DNA from: Myxococcota bacterium
Lineage (GTDB): Bacteria > Myxococcota_A > UBA796 > UBA2385
NCBI GenBank assembly: GCA_044344255.1
Contig: JBIJDH010000013.1
Location: forward strand, 32,001-96,000
Length of the DNA: 64,000 nucleotides
Direction: 5' to 3'
Shown: in pieces, positions 9,735-19,579 of the stretch
Position numbering within the stretch: the stretch's first letter is position 1
Layout of the letters: the number at the start of each line of letters is the position of its first letter
Position numbers and translations under genes: made by a program
Notes under the pieces: generated by a model
The model's input: only the letters and a program-made list of their open reading frames with translations
The model's database searches: none
What the model was told of the DNA's origin: nothing

Positions 9735-11577
9735 GCTCTCTCAACGCATCTGGACCGGGCGCTCGATCGAGGGGCGGCCCGCGCGGGCCTACCGCCTGAT
9801 CGAAGGGGAGGGGACGCGCCAGGGCCGCGCCACCCTCGTGCTCCCCGTTCGCGCCGAGGGCCCAGCCCTCGAGCCCGGCGCCCCCGCCGAGGGGGTCAAG
9901 CTGGCGCTCAAGGTTTTCCGCGGCGGAGATCCGCTCGCCCTGCGCGGCCTCCGCCGAGAGGCGCGGATCCAGGTCGGCCTCAGCCGTGACCTCGCGGAGC
10001 CGCCGTGTCCGAGGGTCTACGACCGGGTCGGCACCGACGAGGCCCCGGGGCTCGCGGTCGAGTGGTGTGGCTCCAACCTCGAGCGCTGGTGGGTGAACCA
10101 GTGCCGCGAGCCCGACGCGATCGCCGCCCTGCTGCACGCGCTGGCCGAGATCGCCGGGCGGCTGATCGAGTACCGCGGCTGGCTGGTCGGACACGAGCAG
10201 GAGGGGGCTCCACCCCCCGACCTCCGGCCGAGCGCGCTGCTGCGAGGAGGGGACGGGCGCTGGCTGCTGGCTCGCTTTCGCGCCTTCGAGCCGGCCGCCC
10301 CGATCGAGGAGGGCACGAGCCGCACCGAGGTGCTGCCGCCCGCAGACCACTTCATTGCCCCGGAGGTCCTCTTCCAGGTGCGGCTCCGCCATCCGACCGC
10401 GCGGGACACCTGGTCGATCGGCGCCGCCCTCCTGAGCCTCCTGAAGCTACGCGCCGTGCTGATCTCCGGCGCCACCTTCCCGGCCGGGGGCACGAACGGC
10501 CTCGCCTTTCGCAGCCATCGCGCGCTCCTGGTGAGCGACCTCCACCACCGGAAGCCCAACCTCTTCGCGGGGCGCGACCTCGATCCGCGGCAGTTCCTGT
10601 ACCCCGACCGCCTGCCCGACCCGGACCGCCGCGTCGTACAGGACAGCCTCAGCGGCGCCTTCGGAGAGCCGCAAGCGGCCCTGGAGGGGCAGCTCGGCAA
10701 GGAGGTCTGCGCCTTGCTCGACCGAGCGCTCGCCGTCGATCCGGGCTGGCGCTATCAGGAGCCCGCCGAGCTCCAGCGCGACCTCGAGCGGCTCGCCCGG
10801 CGTTTTCACGAGCTGAAAGGCGAACTCCTGGCCACTCGACGCCCGTCGCCACCGCTCGACAGCAACGCCACCGCGCTGCTCAGCCCCGATGGCCTCCAGG
10901 CCGCCCTCCTCCAGAAGGCGGAGCTGGACAGCGCTCGCGACGACCTGGGCCGGGCGCTCGAGCGCATCGCCGCCCTTGAGGCCCGGGTGGCCCGCCTCGG
11001 CGATCGGCCGGCCCCCGCGGCGCCCCCCGCCGCCCGGCCCGTCCGCGCACCGGCCTGGGTGCCGCTCGCCCTCGGCGGGGTCCTATTGCTCGGCCTCTTC
11101 AACCTCACGGGCCTCACCGTGCTGCTGCTCACCCGAGGCTCGGACGCCCCCCAGGCCCGGCCCTCGCCGGTCGACTCGGAGCCGCGAGGTGCGGTCCCTG
11201 AAGGCGGAGGCGCCGAGCCGGCGGCCGCGCAGGCGCCGATCACACCGCCCCCGTCCGCGAAGCCGACGGGGTCCACGGAGCGCTCCGCCCCCAAAGCCTC
11301 CGCGGGCGCGACGGACAATGCCCGCCCGACGTCGGCCCGCGCCCCCAGCGCCCCGTCCGCCCCCGCGGGCAGCGCCGCCTTCGAGGTCGTCGGGGGCAGC
11401 GGCTACCTGCTCGCAGGCGGCAAGCGGATCGGCCCGGGCGCGGTGCCCCCCGGCACCTACGAGGTCTTCGCCCAGGTGGGAGAGGCCGCCCCGAGCGCGC
11501 TCGGCACGGTCACGCTGACCGAGGGCGGGCGGCTCCGCGTCCGCTGCGGCTTCGGCCAGTGCCGCATCGAGGGGTGA
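9718..11577 (+). CDS. Membrane-anchored Hanks-type Ser/Thr kinase-like protein (likely pseudokinase)
   Basis: LALKVF, LRREARI, PDLRPSALL, FIAPE and RDTWSIG subdomains; coiled coil, TM helix, Pro/Ala linker and C-terminal beta domain; start uncertain. Confidence 0.7.
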   Translation: MAATSELSQRIWTGRSIEGRPARAYRLIEGEGTRQGRATLVLPVRAEGPALEPGAPAEGVKLALKVFRGGDPLALRGLRREARIQVGLSRDLAEPPCPRVYDRVGTDEAPGLAVEWCGSNLERWWVNQCREPDAIAALLHALAEIAGRLIEYRGWLVGHEQEGAPPPDLRPSALLRGGDGRWLLARFRAFEPAAPIEEGTSRTEVLPPADHFIAPEVLFQVRLRHPTARDTWSIGAALLSLLKLRAVLISGATFPAGGTNGLAFRSHRALLVSDLHHRKPNLFAGRDLDPRQFLYPDRLPDPDRRVVQDSLSGAFGEPQAALEGQLGKEVCALLDRALAVDPGWRYQEPAELQRDLERLARRFHELKGELLATRRPSPPLDSNATALLSPDGLQAALLQKAELDSARDDLGRALERIAALEARVARLGDRPAPAAPPAARPVRAPAWVPLALGGVLLLGLFNLTGLTVLLLTRGSDAPQARPSPVDSEPRGAVPEGGGAEPAAAQAPITPPPSAKPTGSTERSAPKASAGATDNARPTSARAPSAPSAPAGSAAFEVVGGSGYLLAGGKRIGPGAVPPGTYEVFAQVGEAAPSALGTVTLTEGGRLRVRCGFGQCRIEG

Positions 11578-11641
11578 CAGGCCTCCCCGCCCACCCGAGC
11601 GCCGGTCGAATCAAGGCCCGCCCGACTCAAGCCGCTCCGAC

Positions 11642-12232
11642 TCAGGCCCGACCGGGGCGGTCCCACATATACTCGGCCTCGCCGAGGGCCTTCGCGGCCC
11701 AGCGCCCGCCGACGAAGAGCCAGTCCGACAGCCGGTTCAAGTAGCGCATCGCGCCATCGCCCACGTCGGCCTCGGCGTCCATCAGCCCGAGCACATCCCG
11801 CTCGGCGCGCCGACAGACCGTGCGGGCCTGATGGAAGAAGGCCCCCACCGGCCCGCCGCCCGGCAGGATGAACTCTCGCAGCGGCTCGAGGTCATCGTTG
11901 AGCTCGTCGATCCAGCCCTCGAGCCGGGTGACGTCCTCATCACCCACCCGGTACATCCCCTCCCAGCGCGCGTCGGCCGGGGTGGCGAGATCGGAGCCCA
12001 CGTTGAAGAGGTCGTTCTGGATCCGCCGGAGCATATGATCGAGGCGGGACACCACCGATGGCTCGGCTCCCGATCGGGTGTTCCAGGTGCGGACGAGGCC
12101 GATGATGGCGTTGAGCTCGTCGACCGTGCCGTAGCCCTGGATGCGGACGTGGTCCTTTCGGACCCGCTCCCCGCCGACCAGCCCCGTCATCCCCTTGTCG
12201 CCCGTCCGTGTATAGACCTTCGTGATCCGCAT
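11642..12232 (-). CDS. ATP:cob(I)alamin adenosyltransferase, PduO type
   Basis: KVYTRTGDKG, YGTVDELNA, FILPGG, ARTVCRRAER, YLNRLSDWLF. Confidence 0.95.
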   Translation of the reverse strand: MRITKVYTRTGDKGMTGLVGGERVRKDHVRIQGYGTVDELNAIIGLVRTWNTRSGAEPSVVSRLDHMLRRIQNDLFNVGSDLATPADARWEGMYRVGDEDVTRLEGWIDELNDDLEPLREFILPGGGPVGAFFHQARTVCRRAERDVLGLMDAEADVGDGAMRYLNRLSDWLFVGGRWAAKALGEAEYMWDRPGRA

Positions 12233-12412
12233 GCTGCCCTCGCAGCCCGGGCTGATAACCGAAGGGCGGCGGCGCGCCGCACGCCCCGGCGACGAAGGGC
12301 AGCGCCCGATGGAGCCATGCCCGAAACGCGCGCCCCATGCTAAGGGGGCGCTACCGCATGGCGAGCCCTGCGCTCGCCCACCCATCGGTGCGGCACTTCA
12401 TCGGAGCGACGC

Positions 12413-13198
12413 TTGGAGACGACCCGCAAGAATCGGATCTCGGTCGGGGGCCTCAGGAAGGCTGACCCCACCACCCTGACGGTGCTTACCCAGGACGTGA
12501 TCCGCCGCCCCCTCGGCCAGATCGATCGTCGCACCCTGCTTGATCTCCTGGCCCTCTCCGAGGTCCCGGAACAGCTCCCCGACACCCTCCCCGCTGAGAC
12601 CTCTGCCTTTCGCGAGCAGATGTTTCGCGAGATCGCCGACATCCCGGACGGCCCGCCGCTCGCCGAGTTCGCCATGGAGCTCAAGGCGATCGGCGCGAGC
12701 TTCGCCCCGATCCAGCTCCGCGAGCGCGTGATCGCGCTCACGGACGATCGGCGCCACGGTGACGCCGTGACCGCCCTGCGCGAGCTCATCGAGCACTGGG
12801 CCGGCGAGCCGGCAGAGGTCGTGGCCCTCCCCAAGAAGGAGACCACCACCTCCAAGCGGCGCGTCGTCGCCACCCCGGCGGCCCCCTCGGCGCCCTCGCC
12901 CAACAGCCGCCACCAGATCCTGGAGCCCATCACGGCCCCGGTGAAGGAGAAGAAGGCCGCCGCCACCCCCGCCGCCCAGGTCGATCCCCGGCGCGAAGAG
13001 TGGGTCCGCGAGGACGTGGTCTCTCGGCTCGTTCAGTACGGCGCCAAGGGCCTGAAGGAGCCCGTCGTCGTCGCCGGCGCGCGCCACCGCTCGCCCTGGA
13101 AGGACATGAGCGAGGAAGAGGTCATCAAGTACCTCAACAAGATGAAGCGGGACGGTAAGATCCGCACCTCGGCCGGGCGCTGGATGATCGGGGGCTGA
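12413..13198 (+). CDS. Hypothetical protein with a possible C-terminal winged helix
   Basis: Typical host codon usage; ends EEEVIKYLNKMKRDGKIRTSAGRW, a wHTH-like pattern; TTG start. Confidence 0.6.
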   Translation: METTRKNRISVGGLRKADPTTLTVLTQDVIRRPLGQIDRRTLLDLLALSEVPEQLPDTLPAETSAFREQMFREIADIPDGPPLAEFAMELKAIGASFAPIQLRERVIALTDDRRHGDAVTALRELIEHWAGEPAEVVALPKKETTTSKRRVVATPAAPSAPSPNSRHQILEPITAPVKEKKAAATPAAQVDPRREEWVREDVVSRLVQYGAKGLKEPVVVAGARHRSPWKDMSEEEVIKYLNKMKRDGKIRTSAGRWMIGG

Positions 13199-13304
13199 TC
13201 GCCAGGGGGCGGCACCCGCTCGCCCCCTCCTGCGTCCGTCGCGGGATTGTCACCTCCTCTCCTCCGGAGCCGGCTAAACGTGCCGACCCGCAGGAGATCC
13301 AGGA

Positions 13305-14711
13305 ATGACGCCCCGACGCCTCCCCACCGTGCTCGTCCCCTCGCTCATGCTGGCCCTCACCGGCTGCGGGGCCGAGTTCACGCCCAAAGACACCGCGGAG
13401 GAGTCCGACGCGGACACGGACGCCGACAGCGACGCCGATACAGACGCGGACTCCGACGCCGACAGCGACGCCGATACAGACGCCGACAGCGACGCCGATT
13501 CGGACGCGGACTCCGACGCCGATTCGGACGCCGACAGCGACGCCGACGCGGACGCCGACGTCACCCTCTACGACATCCAGAACGGCGTCTACCCCGCGGG
13601 CACGGTGCTCACGGTGCCCGGCGTCGTGGTGAGCAGCCCGGACTCCTACGCGGGCTTCTTCGTCGCCGATCCGGCCGGTGGGGCCTACAACGGGGCCTGG
13701 GTCTACCACGACCCTGCCGTCTTCACGGAGGCGGTCGTGGCGCAGGGCGACGCGGTCGACATCACCATCACCCTCGCCGAGTACGCCTCCGCCGCCCCCG
13801 CCGACAGCACGCTCACCGAGCTCGTGCTGGGCGCGGTCACCGACGTCAGCGTCACCGGCGTCGGCACGATCCCCGCGGCCACCGTGCTCACCCTCGCCGA
13901 GCTCGCCGATCCGAGCACGGCCGAGGCCTACGAGGGCACGCTGGTCACCGTCGAAGACGTCACCGTCACCGAGGACGACCTCGGCTACGGCGAGTGGGAG
14001 CTCGGCGGCAGCCTCCCCGTCGACGACCTGTTCATCGACATGAGCGTCATCGAGGGTGACACCTTTGACTCCGTCACCGGGCTGCTCACCTATGGCTTCG
14101 GCCTCTGGAAGCTCGAGCCCCGCGACGCCTCAGACTTCCAGGGCTACACCCCCGCCGAGCTCACCTGCGCCGCCGCCCTCTGCGCCCCCGACCTCGCGGC
14201 CGGCGACCTCGTGATCACCGAGATCCTCTCGAACCCCGACAACGCCTCGACCTGCGCCGACCCGAACGGCGAGTACTTCGAGATCTACAACCCGAACGCG
14301 CAGTCGGTCGACCTCATCGGCCTCGAGCTGGTCGACAACAGCGACACCGTCAAGGTGACCGCCTCGGTGGTCATCCCGGCGATGGGCTACGCTTGGCTCT
14401 CCCGCGATCCGGGCACCGCCACCGCCTGCTACGGGGCGCACGGCACGCCGGACTACGTCTACGGCACGATCCAGCTCGCCAATTCGAGCGACTCCATCGC
14501 CGTCCAGTACACCAACAGCGGGACCGGCACCGTCACCCTCATCGACGAGGTCGCGTTCACCAGCATCGGCAGCGGCAAGGCCGACGGCCTGCGCGCCGCC
14601 TACCTCAACGCCGCCGACAACGATGACCCGGCCAACTGGTGCAGCCAGACCTCGACGCTCAGCGGCACCGTCGACCTCGGCACCCCTGGCGCGGCGAACG
14701 ACGGCTGCTGA
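13305..14711 (+). CDS. Surface lipoprotein with a DADSD acidic repeat, OB-fold-like domains and a C-terminal lamin-tail domain
   Basis: Lipobox LTGC; DADSD/DADTD repeats; [10 protein letters not shown]...GEYFEIYNP...GTPGAAND matches the LTD pattern; AGGA RBS upstream. Confidence 0.8.
   Translation: MTPRRLPTVLVPSLMLALTGCGAEFTPKDTAEESDADTDADSDADTDADSDADSDADTDADSDADSDADSDADSDADSDADADADVTLYDIQNGVYPAGTVLTVPGVVVSSPDSYAGFFVADPAGGAYNGAWVYHDPAVFTEAVVAQGDAVDITITLAEYASAAPADSTLTELVLGAVTDVSVTGVGTIPAATVLTLAELADPSTAEAYEGTLVTVEDVTVTEDDLGYGEWELGGSLPVDDLFIDMSVIEGDTFDSVTGLLTYGFGLWKLEPRDASDFQGYTPAELTCAAALCAPDLAAGDLVITEILSNPDNASTCADPNGEYFEIYNPNAQSVDLIGLELVDNSDTVKVTASVVIPAMGYAWLSRDPGTATACYGAHGTPDYVYGTIQLANSSDSIAVQYTNSGTGTVTLIDEVAFTSIGSGKADGLRAAYLNAADNDDPANWCSQTSTLSGTVDLGTPGAANDGC
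13404..13560 (+). repeat. In-frame low-complexity tandem repeat encoding (SDAD/TDAD)n
   Basis: Repeated gacgccgac/agcgacgccgat/tccgacgcc units. Confidence 0.9.
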
Positions 14712-14726
14712 GCCGCGCCCGGCCGC

Positions 14727-14957
14727 TCAGGGCGTGTTGCAGACGAGGCGGTCGACGGCGTGCACAGGGGCGGCGTCACCGGCCATCAAGGGCGTGATGG
14801 CCGAGTAGACCATCCGCTGCTTCTCGAGGATGCGCTTGCCGGCGAAGGCCGCCGAGACGACCTCGATCTCGAAGTGTCCGCCACCGCCGCTCACCTGGGC
14901 GACGGCGCCGGGGATGGCCGCCTCGATGGCCGCCTTGACCTGGTCGTGGATCGACAT
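14727..14957 (-). CDS. BolA/IbaG family protein
   Basis: GGHFEIEVVSAAFAGK..LEKQRMVY...VHA. Confidence 0.92.
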   Translation of the reverse strand: MSIHDQVKAAIEAAIPGAVAQVSGGGGHFEIEVVSAAFAGKRILEKQRMVYSAITPLMAGDAAPVHAVDRLVCNTP

Positions 14958-14959
14958 GT

Positions 14960-16783
14960 TCAGCTCTCCAGTAGGGTTCGCGCGGAGCTAACCCGCTCGC
15001 CGCCGCTGTCCCGAGCCGGGCGGGCCTGCTCGACGAGCCAGAGCTCCGCCGGGACCCCCGCCGTGAGCAGGCGGTCAAACCAGACCCGCTGGTCATCGCG
15101 GAGGCTGTCGCCGGGGCCCTTGATCTCGGCCAGCAGCAGCGTCTCGGGGACCGGCCGGTCACCGCCCGGCAGGTGGAGGGCGGGGCCGGGGAGGAGGCAG
15201 AGGTCGGGCATCCCGCGGCGGGCGCTGCGGAGGTCCTCCACCAGCGGGCGCAGCAGCGCCTCGAGCGCCGGGCCGCCGATCTGCGCGACCACGACCGCGA
15301 GGCCCTCGCCGGGCTCGTCGCCGAAGAGGTCCCACCGCACACCCTGGATCGCCTCGCCGGCGTGGCGGCGGGCCACGCTCCGGAGGCGCTCGGGGCCGCC
15401 GCCCTCGCGGAGCTCGGTGAGGATCAGCTCGATCTGCCCCCGGCGCTGGGCGTAGAACAGGGGCGTGCCGTAGTCGAGGGGGGCGTGGAGGAGGGCGGTC
15501 GGCAACATCCCGCTCACCGGCGCGAAGAGGGCCTCCCGGAACAGCAGGCCGACGAGGCTGTGCCAGAGCTCGTTCTCCGCGTGGACGGCGCGACGCCCGG
15601 CCGCCGCGAGCCGCGCCACCACCGCCGCCTCCACCGGCGCGACGCCGCCCCCGGTCGCCCAGCCTGGCCGGTGGCCGAGGGAGGAGGCCGCCTCGAGGGT
15701 GACGCGGCGCTCGGGGGGCGCGCGGAGGGCGGGGAGGGGGGTCCAGGAGAGGCTGGCGGCGCGGGCGAGGCGGCGACCGGTGCGGTCCGCCGCGGCGCGC
15801 AGGCCGGGCCCCGCCGCAGCGCGGGCGACGAGGCAGCGGGCCACCCCCGCCGCCGGATCGCCACGGTGCCCCTCCACCATCGCCAAGCGCCAGCCGGCCT
15901 CGGCGGCGTAGCGGCTCCCCGCCTCGATCAGGCCCGCGTAGAGGAGGGCGGCGGCGGGCCAGTCCTTCTCCCGCTCGCGTTGGGCGGCGGCGGCGAGAAG
16001 CAGCTCCTCGTCGAAGCGGCGGCCCGAGAAGCGGGCCCGGAAGGCCGGCGGCGGCGGGCTGACCCGCACCCGGTCGAGGGCGGCGGGGACCTCGGCCAGC
16101 AGGGCTTCGCCCTCGAGCGACCACCGTCGCGCCAGCCCGCCCTCATACGCGAGCAGCTCCCTTCGGTCGGGGAAGAGGCCCGCGCCGCCTGTGGGCTCAT
16201 AGACGGGGTACCGAACGAATTCCAGTCGGGCGACGACCAGCTTGGACAGATCCCCCTGGTGGTCGTGGAGGTAGAGGCGGGTCACCCGCCGAAAGAGGCC
16301 CCGGTGGCCGATCAGCAGCGAGGGCTCGGCGAAGGCTGCGCGGGCGGGCTCGTCCTGGAGCCGGGCCTCGAGGTCGGCGCGCTTGCCCCCGGTCGGCCGC
16401 CCGAGGGCGCGGCAGGCCACCTTGAGCTCATCCGCCCGGTAAGCGGCGAGGAGCAGGCGGAGCGGCGCCATCCGGTGGGCCGCCCAAGCGAAGCCCTCGA
16501 CCAGCAGCCGATCGGCGGCGACCGGGAGCTCGGGCACCTCGGCATACGCGAGCTCCGAGACCCGGAAGACCCTCGGCACCCGCCCGAAGAGCCGGGCGTA
16601 CACGCTCGCCGGCTGCTCGGGCAGGGCGAGGAAGGCGCGCAGGACCACCAGCTCCCCGGCGGAGAAGAGGTGGCCGTCGCGCTCGAGCACGACCCCCACC
16701 GCCCGCGCGAGGTCTTGCCGGGACCAGTCGAGGGTGGGGGGCAGGGCCGGAGGGGCGCCGCCCGCTGCTGCCGCCTCGCTCAT
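14960..16783 (-). CDS. VRR-NUC domain nuclease, FAN1-like
   Basis: SAP-like [34 protein letters not shown], and PD-(D/E)xK core GMPDL...[14 protein letters not shown]. Confidence 0.88.
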   Translation of the reverse strand: MSEAAAAGGAPPALPPTLDWSRQDLARAVGVVLERDGHLFSAGELVVLRAFLALPEQPASVYARLFGRVPRVFRVSELAYAEVPELPVAADRLLVEGFAWAAHRMAPLRLLLAAYRADELKVACRALGRPTGGKRADLEARLQDEPARAAFAEPSLLIGHRGLFRRVTRLYLHDHQGDLSKLVVARLEFVRYPVYEPTGGAGLFPDRRELLAYEGGLARRWSLEGEALLAEVPAALDRVRVSPPPPAFRARFSGRRFDEELLLAAAAQREREKDWPAAALLYAGLIEAGSRYAAEAGWRLAMVEGHRGDPAAGVARCLVARAAAGPGLRAAADRTGRRLARAASLSWTPLPALRAPPERRVTLEAASSLGHRPGWATGGGVAPVEAAVVARLAAAGRRAVHAENELWHSLVGLLFREALFAPVSGMLPTALLHAPLDYGTPLFYAQRRGQIELILTELREGGGPERLRSVARRHAGEAIQGVRWDLFGDEPGEGLAVVVAQIGGPALEALLRPLVEDLRSARRGMPDLCLLPGPALHLPGGDRPVPETLLLAEIKGPGDSLRDDQRVWFDRLLTAGVPAELWLVEQARPARDSGGERVSSARTLLES

Positions 16784-18423
16784 CCGCCGAGCAGGATCCA
16801 GCCGAGCCCGACGTCGAGTCCTCGGCTGTCCAGGGCGGCGGGCGCCGCGAGGAAGAGGTCGGAGAGGCCGTCGGCGTCGATGTCGCCGAGGCCGGAGACC
16901 GCAGCGCCGAGGCCCGAGCCCGCCGCGGGCCCGATCCAGGCCTGGGCCGAGAGATCGAGGGTGATCGCGGTGACCGGCGGCAGCGAGACGATGTAGACGA
17001 GGCCCCGCTCGGAGGCATCCCCGCCCCTGCCGGGCCCCGGGGCGCCGACGGCGATCTCGGAGGCGCCGTCCCCGTCCATGTCGCCGGGGAGGGCGATCGA
17101 GGCGCCCGCCTCGTCGGCCTCGTAGACCCCGATCAGGCTCCCATAGGCGTCGCCGAGCTCCGCGACCTCGAGGGTCGGGCCGCTGAAGAGGAAGACCCGA
17201 TCGATCTCCCCCTCGATCCGATAGGGAGCGGTCACCGCCCAGTCCGCGTAGCCGTCGCCGGTGAAGTCCTCCCCGCCGGCCAGCGCGGCGCCGAGGCCCG
17301 ACCCCACCTCGCCGAGGACGCGCCCGTCGGCGTCCTCGGCGGAGCGGTCAGCGCTGAAGGGGCCGGCGAAGAGCGTGACCTCGCCCGCGCCCTCTCCGCC
17401 CGTCGCGCCGTCCGGGGCGCCCACCAGCACCTCGTCGAGGCCGTCTCCGTCCAGATCTCCCGCCGACGCCACCACCCGGCCGAAACCATCGCCGGCGACG
17501 AGGCCGCTCAGCACGAAGCCGAGGTCCCCGAGGGACTGGAGCCCCGCCGGGACCGGCGAGGAGAGGAGGTGGACCTTCCCGCGGACGCTGTCGCCCTCCG
17601 CCCTCGGAGCGCCGACGATGAGGTCGACGAGGCCGTCCCCGTCGAGCTCGGCGGCGTCGAGGGCCGCGCCGGCCCAATCCCCACCCGAGGAGCCGAGCAG
17701 CCGGCCCGTGTCCCCGGCGCCGAGCGACGTCTCGGTGACAAAGGAGCCCTCGATCAGGGCCACCGCCCCCGAGGCCGCGCCGATGGTGCTGTCTCCGGGG
17801 CAGCCCACCGCCACCTCGAGGAGGCCGTCCCCGTCGGTGTCTCCGAGGGAGGCGAGGGTGGCCCCACAGGCGTCGCCGGCCGCCGGCCCGAGGAGGGTGC
17901 CCGCCGCGCTCGACCAGGTCGCCTCCGCTGCGGGGGCGCCGCTCCAGCGGGCCACAGCGCCGGCGCCCTCTCCCACCCCGTCACGACCGGGCGCGCCGAC
18001 GAGGAGGTCGATCTGACCGTCCCCGTCGAGGTCTCCGACGGCCACGGCCGCGCTCCCGAAGGCGTCTCCGGACGCATCACCGACGAGCGCGCCCGGGAGG
18101 TCGGTGACCGCGGCGTAGCCCGTGTCGGCCCCGTCGGTCCCATCGGTCCCATCGGTCCCATCGGTCCCATCGGTCCCATCGGTCCCATCGGCCCCATCGG
18201 TCCCATCGGTCCCATCGGTCCCATCGGTCCCATCGGCCCCATCGGCCCCATCGGCCCCATCGGCCCCATCGGCCCCATCGGCCCCATCGGCCCCATCGGT
18301 CCCATCCGCGTCGCCGGGATCGGCCTTGTCGCCGCCGCAGGCCACCAGCGCGCAGAGCGCCAGCGAACACCCCCAAGCCGAAGGGGAGAGGCGGAGGGGC
18401 GGGCGGAGGGACAGCGTTCGCAT
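16780..18423 (-). CDS. FG-GAP/integrin-alpha beta-propeller lipoprotein with a (DGA/DGT)20 linker
   Basis: Lipobox LVAC; repeated GDLDGDG...DLLVGAP motifs. Confidence 0.88.
   Translation of the reverse strand: MRTLSLRPPLRLSPSAWGCSLALCALVACGGDKADPGDADGTDGADGADGADGADGADGADGADGTDGTDGTDGTDGADGTDGTDGTDGTDGTDGTDGADTGYAAVTDLPGALVGDASGDAFGSAAVAVGDLDGDGQIDLLVGAPGRDGVGEGAGAVARWSGAPAAEATWSSAAGTLLGPAAGDACGATLASLGDTDGDGLLEVAVGCPGDSTIGAASGAVALIEGSFVTETSLGAGDTGRLLGSSGGDWAGAALDAAELDGDGLVDLIVGAPRAEGDSVRGKVHLLSSPVPAGLQSLGDLGFVLSGLVAGDGFGRVVASAGDLDGDGLDEVLVGAPDGATGGEGAGEVTLFAGPFSADRSAEDADGRVLGEVGSGLGAALAGGEDFTGDGYADWAVTAPYRIEGEIDRVFLFSGPTLEVAELGDAYGSLIGVYEADEAGASIALPGDMDGDGASEIAVGAPGPGRGGDASERGLVYIVSLPPVTAITLDLSAQAWIGPAAGSGLGAAVSGLGDIDADGLSDLFLAAPAALDSRGLDVGLGWILLGG
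18127..18306 (-). repeat. 9-bp tandem repeat (about 20 units; gatgggacc/gatggggcc on the - strand) encoding DGT/DGA
   Basis: ccatcggtc/ccatcggcc units visible directly on the + strand. Confidence 0.95.
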
Positions 18424-18522
18424 GCGGGCTCCCGACGGGCGCCGCCCAGGTCGGGAGGGGCGCTGGACGCCTGATTAGCCGGTCGGCGGCGCTCGGGCCG
18501 CGGGAGGGTTAGCCCCGGCGCC

Positions 18523-19524
18523 ATGAACGACGAACCGACCAAAGCCCCCGCTCCCGCTGAGCCCGCGCCCTTTCGCTCCGGCTCCGTCGCCCTCGTGGGC
18601 CGACCGAACGCGGGCAAGAGCACGCTGCTCAATCACATCCTCGGCCAGAAGCTGTCCATCGTGTCGCCGAAGCCCCAGACCACGCGCAACCGCGTGGTGG
18701 GCATCCACACCGACGAGGCCTGCCAGCTCGTGCTGGTCGACACCCCGGGGCTGCACGACGCAAAGAACCGCATGAACCGCTCGATGGTGGAGGTGGCCCG
18801 CGGCTCCCTCTCCGGGGTCGACGCGGTGTGCTGGGTGGTAGACGGCGAGAAGTGTGTCGAGCGTGTCGAGGGCGGCCAGCCCGTCTCCCACAAGGGCCAC
18901 CAGGTCATCGCGGCGATGATCGCCGAGTCTGGCGCCGGGGTCGAAGGCGGCCCCAAGGTCATCATCGCGCTGAACAAGGTCGACAAGGTGGCCAAGCTCT
19001 GGCTCTTGCCGGTCATCGCCGAGCTCGCGGCGCTGATCCCGGGGGCCCAGGTGGTGCCCATCTCTGCGCGGAAGGGGAGCGGGGTCGACCACCTCGTCCG
19101 CACCCTCGCCGCCTTGATGCCCGCTCGGCCGCCGCTGCACGCCCCCGACCAGCTCACGCTCTCGCCCGAGCGCTTCATCGTCTCCGAGCTCATCCGCGAG
19201 AAGATCTTCCTCCTCACCCATCAGGAGGTGCCCTACTCCACGGCCGTCGAGGTCGAGAAGTTCGAGGAGGAGGCGCCCGCCGGCGGGCACGAGCGCGGCC
19301 GGGTCGTCATCTACGCGCGCATCCTCGTCGAGCGAGACGGCCAGAAGGGCGTCCTCATCGGCAAGGGCGGCACGATGTTGAAGGAGATCGGCACCCGGGC
19401 CCGCCAGGACATCCAGGCGCTGCTCGGAACGCGAGTGCACCTCGAGCTGCACGTCGCGGTCGAGGAGGGCTGGTCGGAGAGCGCCCGGATGCTCCGTGAA
19501 CAGGGTATTGAAGGGGGGAATTGA
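18523..19524 (+). CDS. era: GTPase Era
   Basis: [33 protein letters not shown]-domain LIGKGG..LKEIG. Confidence 0.97.
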   Translation: MNDEPTKAPAPAEPAPFRSGSVALVGRPNAGKSTLLNHILGQKLSIVSPKPQTTRNRVVGIHTDEACQLVLVDTPGLHDAKNRMNRSMVEVARGSLSGVDAVCWVVDGEKCVERVEGGQPVSHKGHQVIAAMIAESGAGVEGGPKVIIALNKVDKVAKLWLLPVIAELAALIPGAQVVPISARKGSGVDHLVRTLAALMPARPPLHAPDQLTLSPERFIVSELIREKIFLLTHQEVPYSTAVEVEKFEEEAPAGGHERGRVVIYARILVERDGQKGVLIGKGGTMLKEIGTRARQDIQALLGTRVHLELHVAVEEGWSESARMLREQGIEGGN

Positions 19525-19579
19525 CATGGGGGAGTATTCAAGCCGCGGCGGGCCCGTGCTGATCCGCGCGGCGAACCTG

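Noticed and set aside
17569..18632. ORFs with (GPM)n, (GPI)n and (RWD/RWG)n repeats that look like collagen or antimicrobial peptides
   Set aside because: Alternative frames of the 9-bp repeat inside the well-supported FG-GAP lipoprotein gene
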